Positions 12,001-27,000 are shown, counted from the first letter of the stretch. The stretch is 64,000 bases of DNA from Heptranchias perlo (GCF_035084215.1 NC_090353.1:19902001-19966000); one strand, 5' to 3'. The notes: generated by a model not told the origin, from the sequence alone. Program-made: numbers and translations.

Positions 12001-15000
12001 GCTCCTGCTCACACAGTAAGCTACTTCTGAAAACTCACACACAGGAAGGGGGTATTTGCGTTGCTGCCGCAACTATTTAAAGACTACCAGAGCCATTTTG
12101 TAGGGAAGTCACGTTTTCAGCCAACAAATAGCGTCTGCGTATAATTGACGAAGCGCAACAGGAATCAAATTCTCCACTTTGCAGATGATGAAGTGGAGGT
12201 CCTGCTGCATTAGATGGGTGTGGGACGGCTGCCCTGTTTGGCACTCCAGGACACCCCCCCACCAGAGGAGAACAGGATAGCTTGCCAATGAAGAGATTGC
12301 AGACAAGGTCAGTGCTGTGTACACTTGACCTGGGACCAAATGTGGAAGATGATAGACCTTAAGAAAAATACCAAGGTAAAGCTACCAACAGTACCATATG
12401 CCAGTTAGATGGCTCAAGTATATGTATCACAAAGAGTTACCTGTCAACATTTACTGCTGTCCCATGTTACAGCAGGTCAAATCTTCAAGCTGCAATGTAC
12501 AACTGGAACTCTTATTACACTGACATCTTGACACAAGCCATAGCCCAGAAACTATGCTCCTTTATGGGGTAAAATTCAATGTTGGCACAGCAGGGGGATT
12601 TAATGTTAGGAGCAGAATCCGGTTCTGCCAGACTTTTACCCATGCAATTCCCACACAGCAGACCTGGGGTGAGGGTGGATGTTTCTCTGCACAGCCCTTC
12701 ATATCCTAACCTCAGCTTGGACTGTATATGGGGGTTCCTGGGCCCTCCGGAAATCCGGCTAGATATGCTGCCGTAAGGCCCATCGGCAGAAAGCAGGCAT
12801 AGGTGCTGCTCTGAGCTGCAAGAAGGCGCTACCTAAAACAGATAAAATGGTATTTGACTTGGTTGCTCCTGTAGAACCATTACTGATGCAGGCACCTGCC
12901 GCTATTACAGTAATGACCTTGCCCTTGGTGGCAGGGAGGCAAAAGCGGCAGGCAGAAGTTCTGCATCATCACACGTTCCGTGGGGGAATTTCTGCTTTCA
13001 TGTTTTAATACAAATAAGCTGCACAGTGTAAGTTCATTGACTCACACACATCATGTCATGCAGTGGCAATTCTGTGTCACAGTGTGTGCTCTTCAAGCTT
13101 CCAACATCTCAATATTCAATCTCTGTTAGCAGGAAAAGTTGTTTAAAAAAGGTGGGAGTAAATATAGGCAGGGTAAGGACCCCAATTTTCTGCCCATTGA
13201 CAGCTTTTGAGATGGCCACAGTTGACAATATTGGCAGCAACAGCACAGATGGATTGGGGACGCTGAAGCCCAAGCTCAGATCGAGCACCATCCTGCTATT
13301 GTTACATGTTCTGACTGTCCTCATTCGCTTTTACATAGGCACAAGCACAACACCATGACATGCAGTATATTGCCATGTAAGCACAGTTTAAAGCATTGTC
13401 TTGCAGCTAGCATTTTAAGGTATGGTCCTTATCTATTTATTCATGCTTGCCACAGCATCCATTCAACAGTCGAGTGCAATAGAATCAAGCAGTACAACAC
13501 TGTATTGCTTGTATTACTCCACTTGTCACAAGTGCATCTGTAAGGACTACCAAATGGAGGTGGCAGTGGAGGAGCTGGAACCTACTGAAAGAGGCCATTC
13601 AGCCCATCGTGCCAGTGAAAAAGCTATCCAATTAATCCCACTCCCATGCTCTTTCCCCATGGCCCTGCAAATTTTTCCTTTCAATTACATTTCCAGTTCC
13701 TTTTTGAAAGTTACTATTGGATCTGCTTGCACCATCCTTTCAGGCAGTGCATTCCAGATCATAACAACTCGCTGCGTAAAAGAAATTCTCCTCAGCTCCC
13801 CACTAGTTCTTCTGCCAATTATCTTAAATCTGTGTCTTCTGGTTACCAACCCTCCTGCCAGTAGAAACAGTTTATCCTTATTTACTCTATCAACACTGTT
13901 CATAATTTTGAACACCTCAATTAAATCTCCCCTTAACCTTCTCTGCTCTAAGGAGAAAAATCCCAGCTTCTCTACTCTCTCCACATAACTGAAGTCCCGC
14001 ATCCCTGGTATTCTGGTAAATCTCCTCTGCACCCTCTCCAAGGCCTTGACATCCTTCCTAAAGTGTGGTGCCTGGAAGTGATCATAATACTCTAGCTGAG
14101 GGCTAACCAGTGATTTATACACGATTAGCATAATTTCCTTGCTTTTGTACTCCATGGGGGTGATTTTAAACCCCAAGAACGGGTGGGCAGGAGGCGGGTG
14201 GGAGTTGAAAACAGTTATTTTTTGGGTTGCGACCACAACCCAGCTTTATTTCCGGGTTTAACATCGGCGTGGAAAAGTACAGGCTTCCCACTGGGAATGC
14301 CAAGTCCAAAGATTTTGCGGTTGCGACCCGAAAAAACTACTGTTTTCAACTCCCACCTGCCCCCAACCCACCCGTTCTTGGGGTTTAAAATTACCCCCAA
14401 TGCCTCTATTTATAAAGCCAAGGACCCTGTATGCTTTTTCACAGCCGTATCAATTTATCCTGCCACCTTCAAAGATGTAGAGAGCCATAATACAGGACTT
14501 CACAGACCTAATTGCTGCTGTTGGGTATGCTTCTACATAGATCAGTGGTCACAGTGTCTAGCTGTAGAAGCATGGCTGGAGTAGGCATGGATGTGGCTGC
14601 TTTCTCTCAAGGAGACAACCCATTCAGTCTACCTGTGAAAGTGACAATAGATGCTCCAGAAAACAGGCAAGACCAGTCAGGCACCACAGTAAGAGATGTC
14701 GCTGAAGCAACTGAAGGACCATCTCAGAGCCACCACAAGAAAGCAACCTTAATTCCCATGGAAAGATTAGAAAATGAAGCGCTCACTATCAATGCGCTCA
14801 TTCAAATCAACTAAGCATGCATAATGAAACTCTTAAGCAAAATGTTTGGGAGCTGTATCAGCTGGCGGAAAATAGGAGCCAAGAAAGGACACACTCCATA
14901 TTTCAAGTGAAATTAAACTGCTAATGAAAGTGTGCTAGAATATTCACCACGTGTTATTGAAGTGACTGGTGCTATTGAGATAGTCGTTGATTCAGTTGTC

Positions 15001-18000
15001 GATGCTTGAGTAGAGCTCTCCGAATTTGTTGGTATTGTTGTACCTGTTGAGGTGGGAGCCAATGTAGAGGTCGGTGCTGCAGTGGAGGTCTGTGTACTTG
15101 CAGTCGATGTTTCTGTTGATGCTGTGAAAGAAGTTGATGATGTTATTGAGGCAAATATAAAACTTAGAACAACTTACTATTAATTATGCATTAAAGACAA
15201 ATTGCTCTGTATTTTTAACACCTACATATAATGCGAATTACGCAGTAATATAACATATTCATGTTGCAACAGCAGCAGAGTGTTAAGTGACAATTGCATG
15301 TGATTCTCTGCTGCATTATTGTAGCTGACAACACACAACAATAATATTTTGTTATTATTTCTTAGATATGTTTCCAAACTTGCATTGATTGAAAGGAATC
15401 AGAATTAAACTGCTGATAAAAGTGTGCTGGTATACTCACCGCTTGTAGAAGTGAGTGGTGTTGTTGAGATTGCTGCTGATTCAATTGTCAGTGTTTGAGA
15501 GGAGCTCTCTCTAGTTGTTGGTACTGTTGCATTTGTTGAGGCTGGAGCTGATACAGAGGTCGGTGCTGCGGTGGAGGTTTGTGAACTTGCAGTTGATTCT
15601 TCTGCTGTTGCTGCGAAAGTAGTTGATGTCATTATTGAGGCAAACATAAAACTTGGAACAACATACTATGAATTATGCATTAAAGACAAATTGCTCTGTA
15701 TTTATAATACCGAGATAGCAAGTAAATTACGGAGTAATATAGCATATCCATGTTGCAACAGCAGCAAAGTGTCAAGTGACAAATATATAAGATTCTCCGC
15801 TGCATTATTGTAGCTGACAACATACCACAACAATATTTTGTTATTATTTCTCAAATATGTTTCTAAACTTGCATTGGATTGAAAGGAATCAGAATGAAAC
15901 TGCTGATAAAGGTGTACTGGTATACTCACCACTTGTTGAAGTGAGTGGTGTGGTTGAGATTGCTGTTGATTCAGTTGTCACTGTTTGAGAAGTGATCTCT
16001 GTCGTTGTCGGTACTGTTGTACTTGTTGAGGCGGGAGCTGATGTGGAGGTTGATGCTACAGTGGGGGTCTGTGTACTTGCAGACGTTGCTTCTATTGTTG
16101 CTGCGAAAGTAGTTGATGTCATTATTGAGGCAAACATAAAACTTGGAATAACATACTACAAATTTTGCATTAAAGACAAATTACTATCTATTTTTAACAC
16201 CCAGATATAATGCAAATTATTTGGTATTATAACATATCCATGTTGCAACAGCAGCAAAGTGTCAGGTGACAAATGCACAAGATTCTCCGCTGCATTATTT
16301 TAGCTGACAACACACCAGAACAATATTTTGTTATTATTTCTCAAATATGTTTCTAAACTTGCATTCGATTGAATGGTTTTTGAATGAAACTGCTGATAAA
16401 GGTATACTAGTAAACTCACCACTTGTTGTTGAAGAGACTGGTGTTGTTGAGATTGTTGTTAATTCTGTTGTCGTTGCTTGAGTAGAGCTGCCTGTAGTTG
16501 ATGGTATTGTACTTGTTGAGGCGAGAGCTGATGTAGAGGTCGGTGCTGCAGTGGAGGCCTGTGTAATTGCAGTCGATGCTTCTGTTGTTGCTGTGAAAGT
16601 ATCTGATGTCATTATTGAGGCAAACATAAAACTTGGAACAACGTACTATGAATTATGCAATAAAGACAAACTGCTCTGTATTTTAATACCTAGATACAAT
16701 ATAAATTACTCAGTAATATAACAAATTCATGTTGCAACATCAGCAGAGATTCAAGTGACAATTGCATGTGATTCTCCACAGCACAATTGTAGCTGACAAT
16801 ATACCGCAATAATATTTTGTTATCATTTCTCATGTATATTTCTAAACTTGCATTAGATTGAAAGGAATCAGAATTAAACGGCTGATAAAAGTGTACTATT
16901 ATAGAATCATAGAACCATAGAATGTTATGGCACAGAAGGAGGCAATTCGGCCCACCGTGTCTGTGCCGTCCGAAAAAGAGCTATCCAGCTTCATCCCACT
17001 TTCCAGCTCTTGGTCCGTAGCCATGCAGGTTCTGGCACTTCAAGTGCACATCCAAGTACCTTTTAAATGAGTTGAGGGTTTCTGCCTCTACCACCCTTTC
17101 AGGCAGTCAGTTCCAGACCCCCCACCACCCTCAGGATGAAAAAATTCTCCTCAGCTCCCCTCTAATCCTTCTACCAATTACTTTAAATCTATGCCCTCTG
17201 GTTACTGACCCCTCTGCTAAGGGAAATAGGTCCTCCCTATCCACTCTATCTAGTCCCATCATAATTTTATATACCTCAATTAAATCTCCCCTCAGCCTCC
17301 TTTGTTCCAAAGAAAACAACCCCAGCCTATCCAATCTTTTCTCATAGCTAAAATTCTACAGCCCTGGCAACATCCTTTTAACTCTTCACTGTACCCTCTC
17401 TAGTGCAATCACATCTTCCCTGTAATGTGATGACCAGAACTGTATGCAGTACTCAAGCCTAACCAATGTTTCATACAGTTCTAGCATAACCTCCCTGCTC
17501 TTATATTCTATGCCTCGGCTAATAAAGATGATGTGGAGATGCCGGTGATGGACTGGGGTGGACAAATGTAAGGAATCTTACAACACCACGTTATAGTCCA
17601 ACAGTTTGTTGGACTATAACCTGGTGTTGTAAGATTCCTTACATTCGTCTAATAAAGGAAAGTATCCCGTATGCCTTTTTAACCACCTTATCTACCTGTC
17701 CTGCTACCTTCAGGGATCTGTGGACATGCACTCCAAGGTCCTTTTGTTCCTCTACACCTCTCAGTATCCTTCCATTTACTGTGTACTCCCTTGCCTTGTT
17801 TGCCCTCTCCGAATGCATTACCTCACACTTCTCTGAATTGAATTCCATTTGCCACTTTTCTGCCCAGCTGACCAGTCCATTGATATCTTTCTGCAGTCTA
17901 CAGCTTTCCTCCTCACCATCAACCATGTGGCCAACTTTTGTATCATCTGCAAACTTCTTGATCAAGACCCCACATTCAAGTCAAAATTATTAATATATAC

Positions 18001-21000
18001 CACAAAAAGCATGGGACCTAGTACTGAGCCTTACGGAACCCCACTGGAAACAGCCTTCCAGTCGCAAAAACCCCCGTCAACTTTTGCTTCCTGCCACTGA
18101 GCCAATTTTGGATCCAACTTGCCACTCTCCCTTGGATCCCATCGGCTTTCACTTTTTTGACCAGTCTGCCACGTGGGACCTTGTCAAAAGCCTTGCTAAA
18201 ATCCATGTACACTACATCAAACACGTTACCCTCAACCCTCCTTGTTACCTCCTCAAAAAATTCTATCAAGTTAATCAGACACGACCTTCCTTTAACAAAT
18301 CCATGCTGACTGTCCTTGATTAACCCGTGCCTTTCTAAATGACAATTTATGCTGTCCCTCAGAATTGATTCCAATAATTTGCCCACGGCCGAGGTTAGAC
18401 TGACTAGCCTATAATTACTCGGTCTATCTCTTTCTCCCATTTTAAACAATGGTACAATGTTAGCAGTCCTCCAATCATCTGGCACAACGCCTGTAGCCAG
18501 AGAGGATTGGAAAATGATGGTCAGAGCCTCCGCTATTTCCTCCCTTGCTTCTTTTAACAGCTTGGGATAATTTTCATTCGGACCTGGTGACTTTCAAAAA
18601 TGCTAAACCCCTTAATACTTCCTCTCCCACTATGTTTATCCCATTTAATATTTCTCTCCCCTCATCCTCCTTAACTACAATCTCTGCATTGTCCCCCTCT
18701 TTTGTGAAGTCAGATGCAAAGTATTCCTTAAAAACCATACCCACATCTTCCACCTCCACATATTTAGACACCTTTTTGGTATCTAATAGGCCCTACTGTG
18801 TCCTTAGTTATCCTCTTTGCTGTTTATGTACTTATAAAATATTTTTTGGGCTTTCCTTACTTTTACTTGCCAGTATTTTTTCATGCCCTCTCTTTGCTTT
18901 CCTAATTTCCTTTTTAATTTCACCCCTACACTTTCTATACTCCTCTAGGCTTTCTGCAGCATTGAGCTCTCGGTGTCTGACACAAGCTTCCCTTTTTTGC
19001 CTAATCTTACCCTGTATGCTCCTTGTCATCCAGAGGAGGGCTCTAGATTTGGCAATCCTACCCATTTTCTTTGTGGGAACATGTTTATTCTGAACCCCTT
19101 GAATCTCCCCCTGGAATGCCTCCCACTGCTCTGACACTGATTTACCTTCAAGTGGCTGTTTCCAGTCCACTTTTGCGAAATCACTTCCCAGCCTAGTAAA
19201 ACTGGCCTTTCCCTAATTTAGAATTTTTACTCCTGTTCTATCTTTGTCCTTTTCCATAACTATGCTCAATCGAACTGAATTATGGGGCGACATTTTAGCA
19301 CCCGCTATCGGGTGCGTTCCTCCCGGGGGGGCTCCGAAAATCAGAGAATCCCGGAGCGGGACCGGAGCCCGCCCTGAACCCGCGCACTTCCGGGTTCCCC
19401 GCTGACGCGCCGGCGTGCGCGCGCAGCCCCCGTTGGTGAGAATCCCGCAGGCAATTAAAGCCAGCGGGATGCCACTTGAACCTATTTATTTAGGTATTTC
19501 AGGTCATTAACTGACCTGATTAAGGGATTATGTGAGGAGGGGTGGGATTTTAGAGCAAACTGGGACTGTTTCCCACACTGGGGGAAACACTCCCAGTTCA
19601 AATGGACGTGTTGCAGCGTCAGCCTGTGGCAGCTGCAAAGGTCCATTTGACAGGTCGGGGGGGGGGGAGACCCTCACCCATTGCAGGAGGCCACTCTGTC
19701 ACTTGGGACAAAGTTTGGCCTCCACCACCCTCCTCCTGACAGTCAAAGTCACCGACCTGCACACTTACCCCGGGGTCCGGAGACATGTACCTACCTTGCG
19801 GACCCCCTCAGATGTACATCTTGCGGATGGGGGCCGCCGTAGCTGCAGTCATGACCTCCTCGGAGGGCGAACAGCATCACCAGCCGATCCAGCCTCGCCA
19901 TCCACGCCGTCCACCTCTGACACGTGGAGCTCCACAACAGAGTGCTGTGACACATCCACCTGTACAGCAGGAGGGAGGGCTACCACAGAGAGAGATGCGT
20001 CGCAGAGGGCACTACCCTCGCCACAGGGTCCACAGACCGAGGCTCAGCCTCCTGGACCTCTCTGAGCAGCAGTGCACACGGAGGCTCAGAGTCACTCGAC
20101 ATGTAGTCGTGGACATCTGCAGCCTCTTTCATGCCAAGCTGCTCCTGCCTGGCCCGAGCACCATCTTCTTACCTGTCGCTGTCAAAGTCACCACTGCCCT
20201 CAACAACTTCTCCTCCGCATCCTTCCAGGGTGCAACCGGGGACATCGCCGATGTCTCTCAGTCGTCTGCGCGAAAGAGCCCTGCAAATACACCTACACCC
20301 ACTCTGCAGTGACACAATGGGTGGCATCAGTTGTGGGTCCTCATCGTGATCCTCAGGAGAGGGCATTATTGCACAAACCAGACAGGATTCGCGAAGACAT
20401 GGCAGTAGTGGTGCCAATATAATATGTAATGTGAGTTGTTCAGAAATTCAATATAAGTAACACCCATGACAAACCCTCAAACACCCTTGAGCATCCCCTT
20501 CATGCTCACAACACGTTTGCCTTATGCTGCCTACTGCACATATGTGATGTATGCCCTGTGGATGCAGCACAGGTAGTGGCAGGTTGAGTCAGGCTGGCCG
20601 TGAAAGAGATGCACGAGAGGGTGAGTATGAGATAGAGCCATGAGATTGTATGAGGATTGGGTTGAGTGGTAGTGGCGGGATGAGTACTGGTGAGGTGAGT
20701 AGGTGCAGGTAAGATGAGGATGAGGTTTGAGTGGGTATGAGGGGTGATGTGACAGAGTAGTGTTGGCAGTGCTGAAGGAGATGTGGGGTGGGGGCGGTGA
20801 TGTGGCAGACGGAGTGTAGGGGAAAGACTACGTGCACTCACTTTGGCTGACCTACTGAGGTCATTGGAGCGCCTCCTGCACTGTATGCAGGTGGGCGATA
20901 TGTTGGTTGCACTGGTGACCTCCTCTGCCACCTCAAGCCAGGCCTTCCTGGTGGCAGAGGCAGGCCGCTTCCTCCCGCACCTCCTCCTCACCCCATGTAT

Positions 21001-24000
21001 TGATACCTGGAGTGAGGCATCATTAAACTGGGAGCAGCCTTCCCCCTGGGCTGCTCCATGCTGTAATTTTTGCTATTTGTTGCAGCATCTGTCAGTGGAG
21101 GACTGCCCCTTTAAATAGAGCTCCTCCAGCTGACAGATCTTTCTGCGCATGCGCAGCCCACCCGACGTGCAGATCAGCAGTGGGGAACCCGGAGGACAAG
21201 GTAAGTGGATCCAATTAGTGGATTGGATGCTACAATCGCGCGGGAAGCTGACTAATTTCACCGGGCGCGTTACCCACCGCCCGATAGCCCCCCCGCCGGG
21301 AACCCGCAGCCCTGCTAACATCGGGCCCATGATCACTACCACCAAAATGCTCTCCCTCTGATACTCCTTCCACCTGCCCAGATTCATTCCCTAAAACTAA
21401 ATCCAGAACTGTCCCATCTCTTGTTCAGCTTGCAACGTACTGGCTTAAAAAGTTCTCCTGAATGCAATTTAAGAATTCTGTGCCATCTATACCTTTTGCA
21501 CTGATTGTTTCCCAGTTAATATAAGGGTAGTTGAAATACCCTACTATTACTGCCCTATTGTTTTTGCACTTCTCAGAAATTTATACTGACCACCGGTTGA
21601 AGTGAGTGGTGTTGTTGAGATTGTTGTTGATTCAATTGTCGATGTTTCAGAAGTTGTTGGTACTATTGTACTTGTTGAGGCGGGAGCTGATGCAGAGATC
21701 GGTGCTGCAGTGGAGGTCTGTGTACTTGTAGTCGATGTTTCTGTTGTTGCTGTGAAAGTAACTGACGTCATTATTGAGGCAAACATAAAACTTGGAAAAA
21801 CATCCTATGAATTCTGCATACCAGACATATTGCTTTGTATTTTTAGGACCTAGCAAAAATGGAAATTACTCAGTAATATAACATATCCATGTTGCAGCAA
21901 CAGCAAAGTATCAAATGACAATTGCTCCGCTACATCATTGTAGCTGACAACATACCACAACAATATTTTGTTATTATTTCTCAAATATGTTTCTAAACTT
22001 GCATTAGATTAAGGTATTCGAATGAAACTGCTGATAACGGTATACTCACCACTTGTTGAAGAGACTGGCGTTGTTGAGATTGTTGTTAATTTAGTTGTCG
22101 TTGCTTGAGGAGACATGTCTGTAGTTGATGGTATTGTACTTGTTGAGGCGGGAGCTGACGTAGTGGTCGGTGCTGCAGTGGAGGTCTGTGTACTTGCAGT
22201 CGATGTTTCTGTTGATGCTGCGATAGTAGTTGACGTGATTATTGAGGCAAACATAAAATTTGGAACAACATACGATGAATTTTGCATTAAAGACAAATTG
22301 CTCTGTGTTTTAATACCTATATATAATGCAAATTACTCAGTAATATAGCACATCCATGTTGCAAGAGCAGCAGAGTGTCAAGTGACAATTGCAAGTGATT
22401 CTCTGCAGCACAATTGGTGCTGACAACATACCCCAACAATATTTTGTTATTATGTCTCAACTTATGTATGTTTCTCAACTTGCATTGATTAAAATTAATC
22501 AGAATTAAACTGCTGATAAAAGTGTACTGGTACACTCACCACTTGTTGAAGTGATTGGTGTTGTTGAAATTGCTGTTGATTCAATTGCCGATGTTTCAGA
22601 GGTGCTCTCTGTAGTTGTTGGTGCTGTCGTACTTGTTGAGGCGGGAGCTAATATAGAGGTCAGTGCTGCAATGGAGGTCTGTGTACTTGTATTCGATGCT
22701 TCTGTTGATGCTGTGATAGTAGTTGATGTCGTTATTGAGGGAAACTTAAAACAACATGCTACAAATTTTGCATTAAAGACAAATTGCTACGTATTTTTAA
22801 TATCTTGATATAATGCAAATTATTCAGTAATATAACATATCCACGTTGCAACAGCAGTAACGTGTCAATTGACAAATGCATAAAACTGTCCGCTACATTA
22901 TTTCAGCTAAGAACAGACCACAACAATATTTTGTCATTACTTCACAAATATGTTTCTAACCTTGCATTAGATTGAAATGTATTTAAATGAAACTGCTGAT
23001 AAAGTTTACTAGTATACTCACTTATTGTTGTTGAAGAGAGTGGTGTTGTTGAGATTGTTGTTAATCCAGTTGTCGTTGCTTGAGAAGAGCTGTCTGCAGA
23101 TGATGGTATTGTACTTGTTGAGCCGGGAGCTGAAGTAGAGGTCGGTGCTGCAATGGAAGTCTGTGTACTTGGAGTCGATGCTTTTATTGATGCTGCGATA
23201 GTAGTTGATGTGATTATTGAGGCAAACTTAAAACTTGGAACAATATACTACGAATTTTGCATTCAAGACAAATTGCAATGTATTTTTTTACATCGAGATA
23301 GAAAGCAAATTACTCAGTAATATAACACATCCATGTTGCAACAGCAGCAAAGTGTCAAGTGACAAATGCACAAGATTCTCTGCAGCATTATTGTAGCTGA
23401 CAACACACCACAGCAATATTTTGTTATTATTTCTCAAATATGTTTCTAACCTTGCATTAGATTGAAAGGAATTCGAAAGAAACTGCTGATAAAAATATAG
23501 TAGTATACCAACCACTTGTTGTTGAAGAGATTGTTGTTGTTTCGATTCTTGATAATTCAGTTGTCGTTGCTTGAGTAGAGCTGCCTGTAGTTGTTGGTAT
23601 TGTACTCATTGAGATGGCAGTTAATGTTGAGGATGGTTCTGCAGTGGTGGTCTGTGTATTTGCAGTCAATGCTTCTGTTGTTGCTGTGGGTGCAATTGAT
23701 GTCGTTATTTAGGCAAACATAAAACGTGGAAGAACTCACTTCAAATAGTGCATTGAAGACAAATTGCTATGTATTTTTAACACCTAAATATAATGCAAAT
23801 TATTCAGCAATATAACATTAAAGATTCAAAGGCAGCAAAGTAGAAGGTGAGAATTGCACATGATTGCAGCTGATAACACACCACAACAATATCTTGTTAT
23901 TATTTCTCAAATATGTTTCTAACCTGATATGAGATTGAAAGGGATTCAAATGGAACTGCTGATAAAGGTTTCCTAGTATACTCACCGCTTGTTGTTGATG

Positions 24001-27000
24001 AGTCTGGCGTTGTTGAGATTGTTGTTAATTCAGTTGTCGTTGCTTGAGTAGAGCTGTCTGTAGTTGATGGTATTGTACTTGTTGAGGCAAGAGCTGATGA
24101 AGACGTTGGTGCTGCAGCGGAGGTCTGTGTATTTGCAGTCGATACTTCTGTTGTTGCTGCGAAAGCAGTTGATGTCATGATGGAGGCAAACATAAAACTT
24201 GGAACAAATACTACAAATGATGCATTAAAGATGAATTGCTCTGTATTTTTAATACCGACATAGAATGCAAATTACTGTTTAATATAACATTCATGTTGCA
24301 ACAGCAGAAGAGTGTTAAGTGACAATTGCATGTGCTTCTCCACAGCACAATTGTAGCTGACAACATACCACAATAATACTTTGTTATTATTTTTTAAGTA
24401 CGTTTCTAAACTTGCATTGATTGAACGGAATCAGAATTTAAATGCTGATAAAAGTGTGCTGGTATACTCACCATTTGTTGAAGTGAGTGGTGTTGTTGAG
24501 ATTGCTGTTGATTCAAATGTCAATGTTTGAGAAGTGCTCTCTGTAGTTGTAGCGACTGTTGCACTTGTTGAGGCTGGAGCTGATATCGAGGTCGGTGCTG
24601 CAGCGGAGGTCTGTGTACTTGCAGTGGATGCTTCTGTTGTTGCTGTGAAAGTAACTGATCTCAGTATTGTGGCAAACATCAAACTTGAAAAAACATACCA
24701 TGAATTATGCATGAGAGACAAATTGCAATATATTTTTAACCTCCAGATAGAATGCAAATTATTCAGCAATATAACATATCCATGTTGCAACAACAGCAAA
24801 ATGTCAAGTGGCAAAGTCATAAGATTCTCTGCTGAATTATTGTAGCTGACAACACACGACAATAATATTTTGTTATTATTGCTCAAGTATGTTTCTAAAC
24901 TTGCATTAGATTAAACAGAATCTGAATTAAACTGCTGATAAAAGTGTGCTGGTATACTCACCACTTGTAGAAATGAGTGGTGTGGTTGATATTGCTGTTG
25001 ATTCAATTGTCAATGTTTGTGAGGTGCTATCTGCAGTTGTCGGTACTGTTGTACTTGTTGAGGCGGGAGCTGATATAGAGGTCGGTGCTGCGGTGGAGGT
25101 CTGTGTACTTGCAGTGGATGCTTCTGTTGTTGCTGTGAAAGTAACTGATCTCATTATTCTGGCAAACATAAAACTTGAAAAAACATACTATAAATTATGC
25201 AGAGACAAATTGCTTTGTATTTTTAACCTCCAGATATAATGCAAATTACTGAGTAATATAACATATTCATGTTGCAACAGCAGCAGAATGTCAAGTGACA
25301 ATGCCATCAGATTGTCTGCTGAATTATCGTAGCTGACAACATACCACAATAATATTTTGTTATTATTGCTCGAGTATGTTTCTAAACTTCCATTCGATTG
25401 AACGGAATCAGAATTACACTGCTGATAAAAGTGTGCTGGTATACTCACCACTTGTTGAAGTGAGTGGTGTGGTTGAGATTGCTGTTGATTCAATTGTCAA
25501 TGTTTGAGAAGTGCTCTCTGCAGTTGTTGCTACTGTTGCACTTGTTGAGGCGGGAGCTGATACAGAGGTCGCTACTGCAGTGGAGGTCTGTGTACTTGTA
25601 GTTGATGCTTCTGTTGTTGCTGTGAAAGTAATTGATATTATTGTGGCAAACATAAAACTTGGAACAACATACTATGAATTATGCATTTAAGACAAACTTC
25701 TCTGTATTTTTCAGACCTATATAGAATGTAAATTAGTTACAAATATAACATACCCATGTTGCAACAGCAGCAGAGTGTCAACTGACAATTGCACGTGATT
25801 CTTCGTAGCACAATTGTAGCTGACAACACACGACAATAATATTTTGTTATTATTGCTCAAGTATGTTTCTAAACTTGCATAAGATTAAACAGAATCTGAA
25901 TTAAACTGCTGATAAAAGTGTGCTGGTATACTCACCACTTGTTGAAATGAGTGGTGTGGTTGATATTGCTGTTGATTCAATTGTCAATGTTTGTGAGGTG
26001 CTCTCTGCAGCTGTCGGTACTGTTGTACTTGTTGAGGCTGGAGCTGATATCGAGGTCGGTGCTGCGGTGGAGGTCTGTGTACTTGCAGTGGATGCTTCTG
26101 TTGTTGCTGTGAAAGTAACTGATCTCATTATTGTGGCAAACATAAAACTTGAAAAAACATACCATGAATTATGCATGAGAGACAACTTGCTATGTATTTC
26201 CAACCTCTAGATATGATGCAAATTACTCAGTAATAAAACATATCCACGTTGCAACAACAGCAAAATGTCAAGTGACAAAGCCATAAGATTCTCTGCTGAA
26301 TTATTGCAGCTGACAACAAACCACAATAATATTTTGTTATTATTGCTCGAGTATGTTTCTAAACTTGCATTAGATTGAATGGAATCAGAATTAAACTGCT
26401 GATAAAAGTGTGCTGGTATACTGACCACTTGTAGAAGTGAGTGGTGTGGTTGAGATTGCTGTTGAATCAATTGTCAATGTTTGAGAGGAGCTCTCTGCAG
26501 TTGTCGGCACTGTTGTACTTCTTGAGGCTAGAGCTGATGTTGAGGTCGGTGCTGCAGCGGAGGTCTGTGTACTTGTAGTTGATACTTCTGTTGTTGCTGT
26601 GAAAGTGATTGATCTTATTATTGAGGCAAACATAAAACTTGGAACAACATACTACGAATTATGCATTTAAGACAAACTGCTCTATTTATTTTTCATACCT
26701 ATATGCAATGTAAATTAGTTACAAATATAACATATCCATGTTGCAACAGCAGCAGAGTGTCAACTGACAATTGCACGTGATTCTTCGCAGCACAACTGTA
26801 GCTGACAACACACGACAATAATATTTTGTTATTATTGCTCAAGTTTGCTTCTAAACTTGCATTAGATGAAACAGAATCTGAATTAAACTGCTGATAAAAG
26901 TGTGCTGGTACACTCACCGCTTGTAGAAGTGAGTGGTGTGGTTGATATTGCTGTTGATTCAATTGTCATTGTTTGTGAGGTGCTCTCTGCAGTTGTCGGT

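Larger units (their letters stand above)
16904..21580 (-). mobile_element. CR1 LINE (fragmented ORF2) inserted in an array intron; hosts two nested elements
   Basis: ATTCTATG-like tail at 16901-16923. ORF2 pieces: KFADDTK, YMDFSKAFDKV, QHGFVKGRSCL, and EN motif GYFNYP near 21530. ttata is duplicated at 16899-16903 and 21581-21585. Confidence 0.92.

Noticed and set aside
25170-25185. Upstream ttttttcaag as the exon acceptor
   Set aside because: It gives a phase-2 start, incompatible with the phase-1 donors, so it would frameshift.
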